This document shows positions 1 through 17,600 of a stretch of DNA of 64,000 nucleotides, piece by piece. Each line of letters opens with the position of its first letter. Position 1 is the first letter of the stretch. This stretch comes from the human T2T-CHM13v2.0 reference genome, Homo sapiens. The notes below the pieces were generated by a model, which did no database searches, was not told the origin of the DNA, and saw only the letters and a list, made by a program, of their open reading frames with translations. Both the position numbers and the translations under genes were made by a program. The stretch is from NCBI RefSeq assembly GCF_009914755.1, contig NC_060929.1; one strand, 5' to 3'.

Positions 1-706
1 TGACCCCACAGAAATACAAACAACCAGGAGCAACTACTGTGACCAGCTCTGTGCATACAAACTAAAAAACCTAGAAGAGATGGGTAAATTCCTGGACACA
101 TAAACTCTACCAAGATGGAACAAGGAAGAAACTGATTCCCTGAACAGACTAATAATAATAATGAGCTCCAGAATTGAATCAGTAATAAATAGCCTACCAA
201 CCAAAAAAGCCCAGGACCAGATGAATTCACTGCCAAATTCTACCAGATGTGCAAAGAAGAGTTGATGCCACCCATACTTAAAATATTCCAAAAAATTGAG
301 GAAGAGGGTCTCCTCTCCAACTCATTCTATGAGGCCCACTTCATCCTGATACCAAAACCTGGCAAAGACACAATAAAAAATGAAAACTCCAGGTCAATAT
401 CCTTGACGAACATTGATAAGAAATTCTCAAGAAAATAACTGGCAAAACAAATCTAGCAGCAGATCAAAAAGCTAATCCACCATAATAAAGCAGGCTTTAT
501 GCCTGGGATGCAAGTTTGGTTCAACATACACATGTCAATAAATGTGATTCATCACATGAACACAGTTAGAAACAAAAATCATATGACTGTCTCAAAAGAT
601 GTAGAAAAGGCTTTCGATAAAATTCAACATCCTTTTATGTTAAAAACTCTCAATAAACTAGGTATTGAAGGAACATGTCTCAAAATAATAAAAGCTATCT
701 ATGACG
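1..706 (+). mobile_element. Older primate LINE-1 ORF2 fragment (pre-RT region to RT N-terminus); starts before the window and stops abruptly without a 3' end
   Basis: Translations 247..438 ([29 protein letters not shown]) and 499..723 ([31 protein letters not shown]) parallel L1 ORF2 at 11830-12260; stops and frameshifts are present. Confidence 0.93.
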
Positions 707-949
707 AACTTTTCTATCTTTAACACTTAACACAGATTTGTCTTTAAAAACTGATGCTCAATATGAGGAGACAACCAATATGACATTTTGAAAGACAGGT
801 AAGCAACAATAAACTAATGGTGAATATTAACTGAGCACTTACTAATGCTCACCTATAGTTTTGGGTCCTAGATTTCAGCTAGTAGAGAACATAGTGTAAA
901 TAAGATGAACCTTGTTCATTCTTAAACATAAGCATGATTAATTTATTAA

Positions 950-1260
<311 letters not shown>

Positions 1261-2314
1261 AGCTATTTTTTCTAGATAAATTATTCAAACACATTTTTGT
1301 AATATATTTAGTCATAAATTTAAGCATGAATTTAAGCATGGTATAGCATTCGGACAATTTGAGGCATATAAACAACTCCCCCCAATAAAATTTCATCTTG
1401 GGACATTTATGCAACTATCTCTCACTTAAAACATCTAACATTTCTGTATTTTCAACACTCTAGTACTTCAGGACACAGGTTTAATGTTTGCTTGACTGAC
1501 TAGATAAACAACTTTAAAAAATAAAATTGTTTTGTTTCATTCATTAAATATGACATTGAAAAATTATAACTGAGCAAAAGCTTCTTTCAAATATAAAAGA
1601 GTGATGATAATTTGAAGTTACTAGAGCTCAGAAAGACAGCAAATTTACCACAAAAATTCATGCAAACTTTTTTTTACTTTAAGTGGAGATAACACACATA
1701 GTTTCATTCAAACTTTTCAATAATTTTATGTAATTTGAGTAAATATATGTCTAATAAAAGATGTGTGCGTAAATATGAGGTTTAATTTCATATTGTACTG
1801 CTTGATTGATCTTTGACTATTCTTGTGATCACTTGCTCGAGAATTTCTAGTTAGTTCATTTCAGAACTTTTGACCTATGAAATTTATTAAAGAAAAATTG
1901 GATCATGTAGCCCAAAGTGGCAGATTTAATTAATGTTCTTATATTGATCACTGAATTAATCACATCCATTATTTAACTTCAGAAAATCTTGCTGTCAGCT
2001 TTTGCCAAGGTGTTGAAAGTTATCACAGACACAGTCTTTCATGAAACGTTTGCTTAGTAATATTTAATAAGCTCTTTTTATTCCTTTCTTTTTTCTTTTC
2101 ATATACTATCAGACATTTGGAATTTCTTGCAAGACTAAAAGGCAAAAATCTCTGTGAATGTAATAATGGGAGATAAATGTATTTTTAATATTTGTGCCTA
2201 TGTTTTGTGTCAGCTAAATGTATCCATCATGAATGAATAAATAAAACACATTTGCATATATATGTCAATCTTTAATCATAAAACTAAATATACAAAGAAA
2301 TTTTTAGTGCCATT

Positions 2315-2535
2315 TCTCAAGTACATATTAACATGCCAGGTACTCTCTGTTGGGTGATTATATATATTATGTTTAATTTTACAGCAACACTTTAAGGATA
2401 ATGAAAATTATCTCAGCATACAAGAAAACATAGGTTAAGAAAAATGCATGTGAGCTCACAGTTAACATAAAAAATAAGCCATTTTAAAACCAAGTCTTTC
2501 TGGTCCAAAATGCAGTTCATTCTCTTGTGCTATGT
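2315..2535 (-). mobile_element. Degenerate MIR SINE
   Basis: Loose match to antisense MIR (atgccaggtact..acagcaacact..gctcacagttaa..aaccaagtct..tccaaaat). Confidence 0.5.
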
Positions 2536-3699
2536 TACTAACAGGTGATAAGAGTCAGAAGATGTAATGAATGTTTTGTTTTAGTTTCTTTTCTTGCAAA
2601 CAAGCTTTCCAAAGTCTAGTATATGTTTACAGAATTTAGAAGCTATATTCTCATTTTTAGAGTGACGTAAGTACAGTAACCCTGACACTCTTTTCTTTAG
2701 CAGTATAAACATTATGCACAGCTACTTGGATTCCCAAAATTGCTAGTTTCATAACTCTTCCTTTGTCTACAAGTCACCAAATAAAAAGTCTTGACATTTT
2801 TTCCTTAATTTCAAATTATACTACATAGAACCGCCCCCTTCCAATAAAAAAGACCTTCATAGGAAACACATATATTAACAAATGCATTTTCCTTTTTCTA
2901 TTGTCTAAACTTTCTATTCAGTTTCTTCTATTTTGAACTATGCTAAGGAAATTTGGGCTTAATGTGGTGCAGAAATGGAATAGAAATGAAAGGAAGATAA
3001 ATTAAAAAAGAGTATTGGTATATTCTATAAAGAAAAGTTGAGTGAGAAAAATAGCTAGAGATTCTTGAAATAAGGGTAGTATAGGAGTGAATCATGTTTA
3101 GTGGGGTGAGATGAAACTGTTTAGATGTCTGGGATAACATGGATGGGAATGCAGATTTTCTAGCCATGGAAAAGTGAAAATCTGAGATATTTGGAAGGAG
3201 GTAATAATTTATGAGTTGAGAAAAACTGATTTTTCTAATGTCTATGGATTATACATATGACTCTCTAGGTTTCATAGCCTCTGTGTAACTGTTTGCTAGG
3301 CCAAAAACTTATTCATTTTTCCTGTGGCAGTGCTTACTTTATCTTTGTATACATGAACTAGTTAACCATCACTCAAAGAGCCTGTTTAACAAGTCTACAT
3401 TGTAATACCTCTGGAGTAAAAGATACCTCCCTCTCAAATTCCATGTGAAAAGAGAGATCGTATCTAGTTATAATTCCTGCCAATTGCACAATATAAAAAG
3501 AAGGGAGGCAAGTTACCTCACATACAGGGGGAAAACCAATTAAATGTATTTGACAATCCTATATCAGCATTATGGTTAGAGCATAATAGAATTTCTAAAA
3601 ATCACTGCTCAGATTTATTTTTAACTGTTGAAGGAAAGTGGCCTGATAAATAACTAAATAAATGTGCAGGTTAAATCTGATAGTTACTTAACACATGTT

Positions 3700-6095
3700 T
3701 GACATGGTTTGGTTCTGTGTCTGCACTAAAATCTCATGTTCATTTGTAATCCCCCAGGGTGGAGAGGTTGGATCATGGAGGTGGATCCTTTATCAATGAT
3801 TTAGCACAATCCCTTTGGTGCTGTTCTTGAGATAAGGTTCTCATGAGGTCTGGTTGTTTAAGTGTGTAGCACCCCTCCCATTTTCCTACTGCTCTGGTCA
3901 TGTTAGACATGCCTGCTTCCCCTTTGTCTTCTGCTGTGATTGAAAGTTTTCTGAGGCTACCCCAGAAGTCATCATGATTCCTATACAACCTGTGGAACTG
4001 TGAGAAAATTAAACCTCTTTTCTTTAAAAATTATCAGTAGTCTCAGACACTTCTTTATAGCAGTGTGAGAAAGGACTAATATAGAAAATTGGTACCAGGA
4101 AAGGGCATTGCTATAAAGAAGATACCTGAAAATGTGGAAGCATCTTGATAACTGGGTAATGGGTAGAGGTTTGAACAGTTCTGAGGGCTCAGAATAAGAT
4201 AGAAAGATGAGGAAAAGTTTGGAACTTCCTAGAAACTTGTTAAATTATTGTGACCAAAATGCTGATAGTGATACAGACAATGTGGTCCAGGCTGAGGAGG
4301 TCTTAGATGGAAATGAGGAACTTACTGGGAACTGTAGTAAAGGTCACTGTTGCTATGCTTTAGCAAAGAAACTGGTAGCATTGTGTTCCTGCTTTAGGGG
4401 TCTGTGGAACTTTGAACCTGGGAGGGATGATCTGGCAGAAGAAATTTCTAAGCAGCAAAGCATTCAAGATGTGGCCTAGTTATTTCTAAAAGCCTTTTCT
4501 CATATGCATGAGCAAAGAAATGAACTGAAACTGGAACTTATATTTAAAAGAGAAGCAGAGCACAAAAGTTTGGAAAATTTGCAGCCTGGCCATGCAGTCG
4601 AAAAGGAAAACCCATTTTCAGGGGGAAGAATTCAATCAGGCTGCAGAAATTTGGATGAGTAAAAGGAAGACCAATGCTGATAGCCAACACAATGGAGAAA
4701 AGGTCTCCAAGGCATTTCAGAGACCTCCACAGCAGCTCCTTCCATCACAGCCCCAGAGGCCTAGGAGGAATAATGTTTTTTTGAACCAGGCCCAGGGTCC
4801 TACTACTCTGTGCAGTCTCAGGACATGACACCCTGCATCCTGGCCACTCCAACTCTAGCCATGACTCAAATGGGCGCAGGTACAGTTCAAGCTGCTGCTT
4901 CAGAGTGTACAAACCATAAACCTTGGCAGCTTCCATGTGGTGTTAAGCCTGTGGATGTGCAGAGCACCAGAGCTGAGGCTTGGGAGTCTCCACCTAGATT
5001 TTAGAGGGTGTATGGAAAAGCCTGGATGTCCAGGCAGAAGTCTGCTGCTTGGGGGCAGCCCTCATGGATACCTGTACTAGGACAGTGTAAAGGGGACATG
5101 TGGGGTTGGAGCACTCACAAAGTACTCTCTGGGGAACTGCCTAGTGGAGTTATGAGAAGAGGGCCAACCATCCACCAGACCACAGACTGCTAGATCCATT
5201 GACAGCTGGCACCGTGTGCCGGGACAAGCTGCAGGCACTCAACCCTACCACATGAAAGCAACTGCGGCGACTATACCCTGCAAAGTCTCAGGGGTGGCGC
5301 TGCCCAAGGCTTTAAGAGCCTACCCATTGTATCAGTGTGCCCTGGGTGTAGTACATGGAGTCAAAGGAGATTATTCTTGAACTTTCAGATTTAATTGCTG
5401 CCTTGCTGGGTTTCAGACTTGCATGGGCCTGAAGTCCCTTTCTTTTGTCCAAAATCTTCTTCTTGTAATGGGAATATTTGCCCAACGTCTGTACTCCCAT
5501 TGTATCATGGAGGTAACTAACAGGTTCATAGGCAGAAGGGAATAGCCTTGACTCAGAACAAACTTTGAACTCTAGACTTTTGAGTTAATGCTGGAATGAG
5601 TTAAGACTTTGGGGACTGTTGAGAAGGGTTGATTGTATTTATTTTGCAATGTGAGGACATGAGATTTGGGAGGCGCCAAGGTTGGAGTGATATGGTTTGA
5701 ATCTGTGTCTCCACCCAAATCTCATGTTCAATTGTAATCCCCAATGGTGGAGATGGGGCCTGGTGGTAGGTAATTGAATTATGGGGGTTCATCTTTCATG
5801 AATGGCTTACCACCATTCCTTTAGTGCTGTTCTTATGATAGAACTGTCATAAGATCTGGTTGTTTAAAAGTCTGTACCACCTTCCCCCACCCACCTTCCT
5901 CCTGCTCTGGCCATGTAAGACATGCCTGCTTCCCCTTCACGTTCTGTCATGATTGAAAGTTTCCTAAGGCCTCCCCAGAAGCCTGTCATGCTTCCTTTAC
6001 AGCCTGTGGAATCATGAGGCAATTAAGCCTTTTTTCTTTACAAATCACCTAGTCTCAGGTATTTCTTTTTAGTAGTGGGAGAACAGACCAATGCA
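3700..6095 (+). mobile_element. Complete MaLR provirus, MSTA-like: 5' LTR 3700-4083, internal region 4084-5687, 3' LTR 5688-6095
   Basis: Two homologous LTRs (TGA[C/T]ATGGTTT..GAC[T/C]AAT[A/G][T/C]A); internal region begins gaaaattggtacc as in the THE1 copies; perfect 5-bp TSD ATGTT at 3695-3699 and 6096-6100. Confidence 0.92.
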
Positions 6096-8370
6096 ATGTT
6101 AAAATTAGAAGTTAAATATTCCTATGATCAGAGCATTTTGGAGTAAAAAAAAAAAATCATCAATCAGTTTGAAAGTTTATGTTTGACTCGATGGACTATT
6201 AACTTCATTTTAATTCCTAAAACATTTCAACAGAGAATTTTTTCAGTAAATTGGTGCTCACTGTGAAATAATCAATATGAAATTTTAAAATATAACAAAT
6301 TAAGCAATAATTAATAACAAATATTAATTTTATTGAATTAGGAGACTTTATTGAATATTTATTCTCTCTAGAAAATGTGAACATTTTATGTACTGACTTA
6401 TTTTAAAAATACTTATTATTGGTATATGTTATAGCAGGCAAAAGGTAATTTCTTTTAACTCTTATTTTAAAATTTGCCCTAAGCAATCCTTTCAATGGTT
6501 TTTAATATAATGTATTTATTAGCTCATTTAAAGTCAAAGTTATTAACTTTGGGGACCATGATTCAGAATTGTACTTTTAGACAAAACACCTGACATGGAG
6601 TAGCTGGAGGGTGCTACCAATGAATTAAAAAAAAAAAAAACTCAAGCAGCCAGGGTGCCCATATAGTCAGAGTTGGAACATTTGTTTTGTCTCAGCAAGT
6701 TTGGCCTATTTAATCACTGTCATGTAAGTGATGATCAAAACTTAGTATTCATTTATTTTCAGAGAAGACAAAGAAAAAAATTTGAATCATTCAGATGAGT
6801 GGGAATAATATATTAACCTGATTCTCAAGACTGGTAAGAGTAAAATATAATCAAATCTTCCCTAAAACACTCAGAAAAACACAAGTTTTATGAAAATAGT
6901 TGACAGCAATAACTCTCTTTTTGCTGAAAGGAATATAAAATGGTGCAAACAGAATCATGTTTTTAGTCCATTAAAATACACAAACACTTTGGTTCATTCA
7001 GCATCCTGTATTCAGCCAATTAATTGGGACAAACTACTTCAGGAAAAAAAATAGTATTCTGAAAATTATTTTATTTCCTTAGTTCTGCTTCAATGACAGA
7101 CTGCTTGCAAAGACACTGCTTGCTCACAAAGCAAGGTGGTTAATTGCTAGGGTTATTCTGCTCTGAGATAACATTTAAAATGCAATTATTCTAAAAGCAA
7201 GATGGATAGTTACTTCAGTTGCCTAGTTTTAAATCTACATCAACAGAAGTTTTTATGAATGTTAAGTAGATCGTGATTTCACTGTTTCCTCTAATTATTT
7301 TGTTTATTTGAGAAAGCTAATAGTCATAAAATTGAATGTCTAATATCATTGAATAAACTGACAAAGTGCTACTAAAATATTTTGTAGACTAAAACAGTTT
7401 ACAAATGCACTATTGTCCTAAATAATAATGTGTCTGTTGTGTCACTTAGAATTCAATGCCATTCAAAAGCAAAAGAATGTTGTCTTCTTTAACAAAAGGA
7501 AGAAATATGGATGTAGTTAGTAAATTTTAAAGGTGCTCAGCATGCTCTGTGACAGACTGCACTGAAATCATGAGGCAGTACATCACAGATGCATAAAAAT
7601 TTCTCTCACCTGAGTGGAAACATAATATGACGTTCATTAAAAATTTAGAATATATGAATATTTTCTTTATGACGTACGTCATGTAAACATCATACAGAGA
7701 AAAAAATTTATATTATGAAAATGTCAATATCCTCCCTCTATCCTTTTATGGTGTGTGCACCATAAAAACTTACAAATGTAAAACACAGCAACACTAACAC
7801 TTCCACATATTACTAAAACTTAAGCTCCCTAATTTAAATTATTTCACTACATTTTAATGTAGTTTAATTATAACCATTTGCTTATTTATATTTATTGTAT
7901 ATGTTTGGTGGAAATATGATGTTACTTTGCTGCTGCACTTATCTTTGCAACACCATGGTCAATGACATCATGTCTGCCTTGACATCATCTTGAAATCTTC
8001 GGTAGGGTATTTACATCACAAAAATTACCAAACATAAAAATCAGGGCTGAATTGATTGTGTTGTTGATTTTCCAGGCATTTAAAAGTGACGATAATGCAA
8101 ATTCAACTGAAGTGTGGCAATATTTTGAAAAAAAATGTTCTTCCAGTATTTAAAACTACCATTAGATTGAGAAAGAAGATGCTCACTACATTGAAAAATA
8201 AGTAAAATGTTGATGCATATCTATCTTTTTCACTTTTGTCTTTCTCAGAACATAAACAAAAATATGGTAGAACAATACTCATTTATCATTCAAAATCGTA
8301 ATTTGACCACAGAAAACAGCAGTTTGACAAAAATTAATAAAGGCATTCAGTAAGATTAAATTGACTATAT

Positions 8371-9275
8371 GGGGGGGAGGAGCCCAGATGGCCGAAAAGG
8401 AACAGCTCCGGTCTACAGCTCCCAGCGTGAGCGACGCAGAAGACTGGTGATTTCTGCATTTCCATCTGAGGTACCGGGTTCATCTCACTAGGGAGTGCCA
8501 GACAGTGGGCGCAGGTCAGTGGGTGCGCGCACTGTGCACGAGCCGAAGCAGGGCGAGGCATTGCCTCACTTGGGAAGTGCAAGGGGTCAGGGATTTCCCT
8601 TTCTGAGTCAAAGAAAGGGGTGACGGACGGCACCTGGAAAATCAGGTCACTCCCACCTGAATACTGCGCTTTTCCGACGGGCTTAAAAAAAGGCGCACCA
8701 CGAGATTATATCCTGCACCTGGCTCAGAGGGTCCTACGCCCACAGAGTCTCACTGATTGCTAGCACAGCAGTCTGGGATCAAACTGCAAGGCAGCAGCAG
8801 CTAGGCAGGGGGAGGGGCGTCCACCATTGCCCAGGCTTGCTTAGGTAAACAAAGCAGCAGGGAAGCTCGAACTTGGTGGAGCCCACCACAGCTCAAGGAG
8901 GCCTGCCTGCTTCTGTAGGCTCCACCTCTGGGGGCAGGGCACAGACAAACAAAAAGACAGCAGTAACCTCTGCAGACTTAAATGTCCCTGTCTGACAGCT
9001 TTGAAGAGAGCAGTGGTTCTCCCAGCACACAGCTGGAGATCTGAGAATGGGCAGACTGCCTCCTCAAGTGGGTCCCTGACCCCCGAGCAGCCTAACTGGG
9101 AGGCAACCCCCGGCAGGGGCACACTGACACCTCACACGGCAGGGTACTCCAACAGACCTGCAGCTGATGGTCCTCTCTGTTAGAGGGAAAACTAACAACC
9201 AGAAAGGACATCCACACCAAAAACCCATCTGTACGTCACCATCATCAAAGACCAAAAGTAGATAAAACCACAAAG
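8371..9275 (+). promoter_or_regulatory. L1 5'UTR: internal sense promoter and antisense promoter, CpG-rich
   Basis: Colinear with the L1HS/L1PA2 5'UTR; many CpGs retained; RUNX3-region sequence TGCATTTCCATCTGAGGTA intact; YY1 site has one substitution. Confidence 0.8.
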
Positions 9276-10306
9276 ATGGGTAAAAAACAGAACAGAAAAA
9301 CTGGAAACTCTAAAAAGCAGAGCGCCTCTCCTCCTCCAAAGGAATGCAGTTCCTCACCAGCAATGGAACAAAGCTGGATGGAGAATGACTTTGACAAGCT
9401 GAGAGAAGAAGGCTTCAGACGATCAAATTACTCTGAGCTACGGGAGGACATTCAAACCAAAGGCAAAGAAGTTGAAAACGTTGAAAAAAATTTAGAAGAA
9501 TGGATAACTAGAATAACCAATACAGAGAAGTGCTTAAAGGAGCTGATGGAGCTGAAAACCAAGGCTCGAGAACTACGTGAAGAATGCAGAAGCCTCAGGA
9601 GCCGATGCGATCAACTGGAAGAAAGGGTATCAGCGATGGAAGATGAAATGAATGAAATGAAGTGAGAAGGGAAGTTTAGAGAAAAAAGAATAAAAAGAAA
9701 TGGGCAAAGCCTCCAAGAAATATGGGACTATGTGAAAAGACCAAATCTACGTCTGATTGGTGTACCTGAAAGTGATGGGGAGAATGGAACCAAGTTGGAA
9801 AACACTTTGCAGGATATTATCTAGGAGAACTTCCCCAATCTAGCAAGGCAGGCCAACGTTCAGATTCAGGAAATACAGAGAACGCCACAAAGATACTCCT
9901 CGAGAAGAGCAACTCCAAGACACATAATTGTCAGATTCACCAAAGTTGAAATGAAGGAAAAAATGTTAAGGGCAGCCAGAGAGAAAGGTCGGGTTACCCT
10001 CAAAGGGAAGCCCATCAGACTAACAGTGGATCTCTTGGCAGAAACCCTACAAGCCAGAAGAGAGTGGGGGCCAATATTGGGGGGCCAATATTCAACATTC
10101 TTAAAGAAAAGAATTTTCAACCCAGAATTTCATATCCAGCCAAACTAAGCTTCATAAGTGAAGGAGAAATAAAATACTTTACAGACAAGCAAATGCTGAG
10201 AGATTTTGTCACCACCAGGCCTGCCTTACAAGAGCTCCTGAAGGAAGCACTAAACATGGAAAGGAACAACAGGTACCAGCCAATGCAAAATCATGCCAAA
10301 ATGTAA
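9276..10306 (+). pseudogene. L1 ORF1p, disrupted
   Basis: MGKKQNRKTGNSK..NHAKM*; CGA>TGA stop at 9663-9665, TAG near 9822, and a short tandem duplication (GGGGGCCAATATT twice, ~10066-10092) that shifts the frame. Confidence 0.95.
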
Positions 10307-10369
10307 AGACCATCAAGACTAGGAAGAAACTGCATCAACTAACGAGCAAAATAACCAGCTAACATCATA

Positions 10370-14285
<3,916 letters not shown>

Positions 14286-14619
14286 TGACGAGTTAGTGGG
14301 TGCAGCGCACCAGCATGGCACATGTATACATATGTAACTAACCCGCACAATGTGCACATGTATCCTAAAACTTAAAGTATAATAAAAAAAAAAATTGACT
14401 ATATGAAATTTATTATACTGTACCATTTAGTATTATAATTCATTAGTATTTTTAAATTATATGCTGCACATTCTGCCTATCAGTAAAGTTTATGAAAAAT
14501 ATATGTGTTTGTATGTGTGTATACATTTATATGTATATGTACACATAATGTTTTGAAAAGGTTATTGTTTAACATTTACCAGCACAATGATGACTAAACC
14601 CAACTATGTTAGTAGATAC

Positions 14620-17600
14620 ATAAGATGTGAGAAAACACCTCAAAAGTTAAAGGTGATGAGAGTCAATTAAAAAATAATGCAGAGCCTATTATATTCTACT
14701 TCTAAGAGATTAATTTTACAAATTGAGAGACAGAAATATTTAAACACATATGTATATATATATATGATCAATACATATCATATGAATATTAAAGTATAAT
14801 AGTGTTAGACAGAGTAGACTTCAATGCAAGAGGTATTATTTGAGAAAAAGAGGGAATTATTATAATTTGGAAAAAGTCCATCTTCCAGAAATTAAATACA
14901 CAATGAATAAGCAACAAATAACATACACTTAAAATATATTTAAAAATTTGACAAAACTAAACAACAACAACGACACCAAAATAGAAAATCCTCCAAAAAA
15001 TATGGAGGTATTTTGAGATATTTTTCTCAAAAACAGTTATTTAAAAAGTGAAAAAATATAATAAGAATATAAGACATTTGAACAATAACATGGACAGAAT
15101 TGACACAATGTCTGTATAAAGGGCACAGAATTTATCAATAACAGAATAAACCGTATTTAGGTATATATGGGACACTTAATATTGTTGACTATACCCTGGG
15201 CTAAGAAGCATGTCTCATCAAAAGGCAAAGGATGAACATTTATAGAACGTATTTTTTTTATCAATACAATTAATTTACAAATTTGTAATAGGGATTTTTA
15301 AAAACTCATCAACTACTTGGAAATTTAAGAAACACAATTACAAATCAGGGGCTCAAACATGGAAATTATCTAAAAAAAACTAAATAAATGATAATTAAAT
15401 CACAGAAGTAAAAAATTGAGAACTTTAGGTTAAGATTTGACGAAAGGAAAAAAATTATATTGCAGAACATAAAAATGTATTTATAAGAGTTGGGAGTACA
15501 TAGCCTCAGGGACATGAACTCTTCCCACAGCTGAGTCTCACAGACCCTTTCCAAGATCCATCCATGGGCCTTCATGGATTTCCTGATATTTAGTAGCTAC
15601 CTGTCTGGTTATTGATATATAATCCTCCAAGAAGTATTAAAGTAAAATCATCATGACCACAAAATTGTTGGTTGCTTTCATTTAAGAATCAAATTTAATC
15701 TTATAGGTTGACACTGTATATTGTGATGATAATGACTTGTTTATTAGTTCAAATGGCAGATTTGGATACTTTGTTTGCATAGTTCACCCCCTTGGAAAGA
15801 GCAAAATAGTGTGTAGAGAGTCACACTTTGAACTTTTATCTGAGAAGGAACATGGGAGCTCAACAGAAAAATTGAAAACATATTTGAATACTTTGAAAGG
15901 AGTGGCAGGCAGCAGCCAGGTGGAAAATTGCAAGTTTTCAGAGCATGAAAGTGGAGAGGGACTGTCTTCATCCTACACATTCCCATTGGGGAGCCAGGCA
16001 GTCCAAGCCACAGGGAACTCCTTGACCCTACCCAACACTTGATCTGACTTGATGAACAGAGGATAGTTTTTAAGAGGTAATGGTATCAGGAAATGTTTTG
16101 CATGCACTTCCAGGCCCTTGTGCCAATAAAAGGAAGACATTCCTGATCCTAATTCACAGGAGACCTCAGGGAACTTTGCCAGCCACCTCAGGAGGTGGTC
16201 ACATTAGATCCCAACTGAGATTTGCAATCTAATTGTTAGTGAGGATGAATCTGCACAGCCAGATAAAATTAGCTAAAAATAAAGAAGAAATAAAGTCCTT
16301 CCCAGACAAATGCCATGGGAATTTGTGAATACTAGATCCACCCTATGAGAAATACTCAAGGGAGTTCTAAATATGGAAATGAAAGGCTGATACTGACAAT
16401 CATAAAAACACATGAAAGTATAAAATCACAGGTCTTATAAAAATTACACAAATTAGACTGCAAGAAACCAGATTACAGTTAACATTATGACAGAAACAAA
16501 ACTTCACATATCAATATTAACCATTAATGTAAATGGATTATGTTCTCTACTTAAAAGATATAGATTGGCAGAATCAATTGCAAAGTGTGATCAAACCATA
16601 TGCTGCTTAGAAGAAACTCACCTAACTGGTAAAAAATTAAAAAAAATAAAAAACAAACAACAATACAATAAACTTATAGACTCCAAGTAAAAGGTAGAAA
16701 TTGATATGCCTCACAAAACCAAAAACAAGTAGAAGTACCTATAGTTGTGTTGGATAAAACAGCCTTTAAATCAACAACATTTAAAAAAAAAACAAAAAAA
16801 GGTCATTATATAGTAATAAGGGGATCAGTTAAATAAACTTATTTGGACCCAACACTGGAGCACCCAGATGTATGAAACCAATACTACTCAACCTAATAAA
16901 ATAAATAGATAGTAATACAATAAAATTTAACAGCCCACTGACAAGACTAGACAGATTATTGAGAAAGAAAATCAACAAACACAGAACTTAAATTGCACTT
17001 TAGTCCAAATAGACCCAACAGTAATTTACTGAACATTCTACCAACAACCTCAGAAAATACATTCTTATCATCAGTACATGAAACATTCTCCAAGATAGAC
17101 CACATGTTAGGCCACAAGATAATTTTCAGTAAATTAAAAAAGTGAAAATTTTATCAAGTATGTTCTCAGACCACAGTGAAATAAAATTCAAAATCAATTC
17201 TAAGAGAAACTCTCAAAACCATAAATTAAATAACCTGGAATACATGGAAATTAAACAACCTACTTCTATGTGATCTTTGGATCAATGATGATATCAAGAT
17301 GAAGATTTTAAAATTTTTAGTAATAAATGAAAATTGAGACACAACAGATAACATAACTTCTGGGATACAGCAAAAGCAGGCCTAACACAAAAGTTTAAAG
17401 CATTAAATGACAACACTTAAAAAACAAAAGCAAGTAAATAAATTAACAACTTAATGTCACACCTTAAGGAACCAAAAATGAAAAAAACAAACAAGATCCC
17501 AAATTGGTAGAAGAAAATAAAAACAAAGACCAGAACAGAACTAAATGAAATTGAGACAAAAATATACAAAGGATCAATTAAAAGAAAAGTTGGTTCTTTG

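Noticed and set aside
1317-1340. 12-bp tandem repeat AATTTAAGCATG x2
   Set aside because: Ordinary slippage duplication with no sign of function
4207-5193. ORFs inside MaLR internal regions (also 32476-33542 and 36706-37307)
   Set aside because: Broken pieces of the shared MaLR internal ORF, interrupted at different positions in each copy
8334-8633. 99-aa antisense ORF as L1 ORF0
   Set aside because: ORF0 starts at 8827 and is truncated here; this ORF is a generic open frame of the L1 5' end and its listed start is non-ATG
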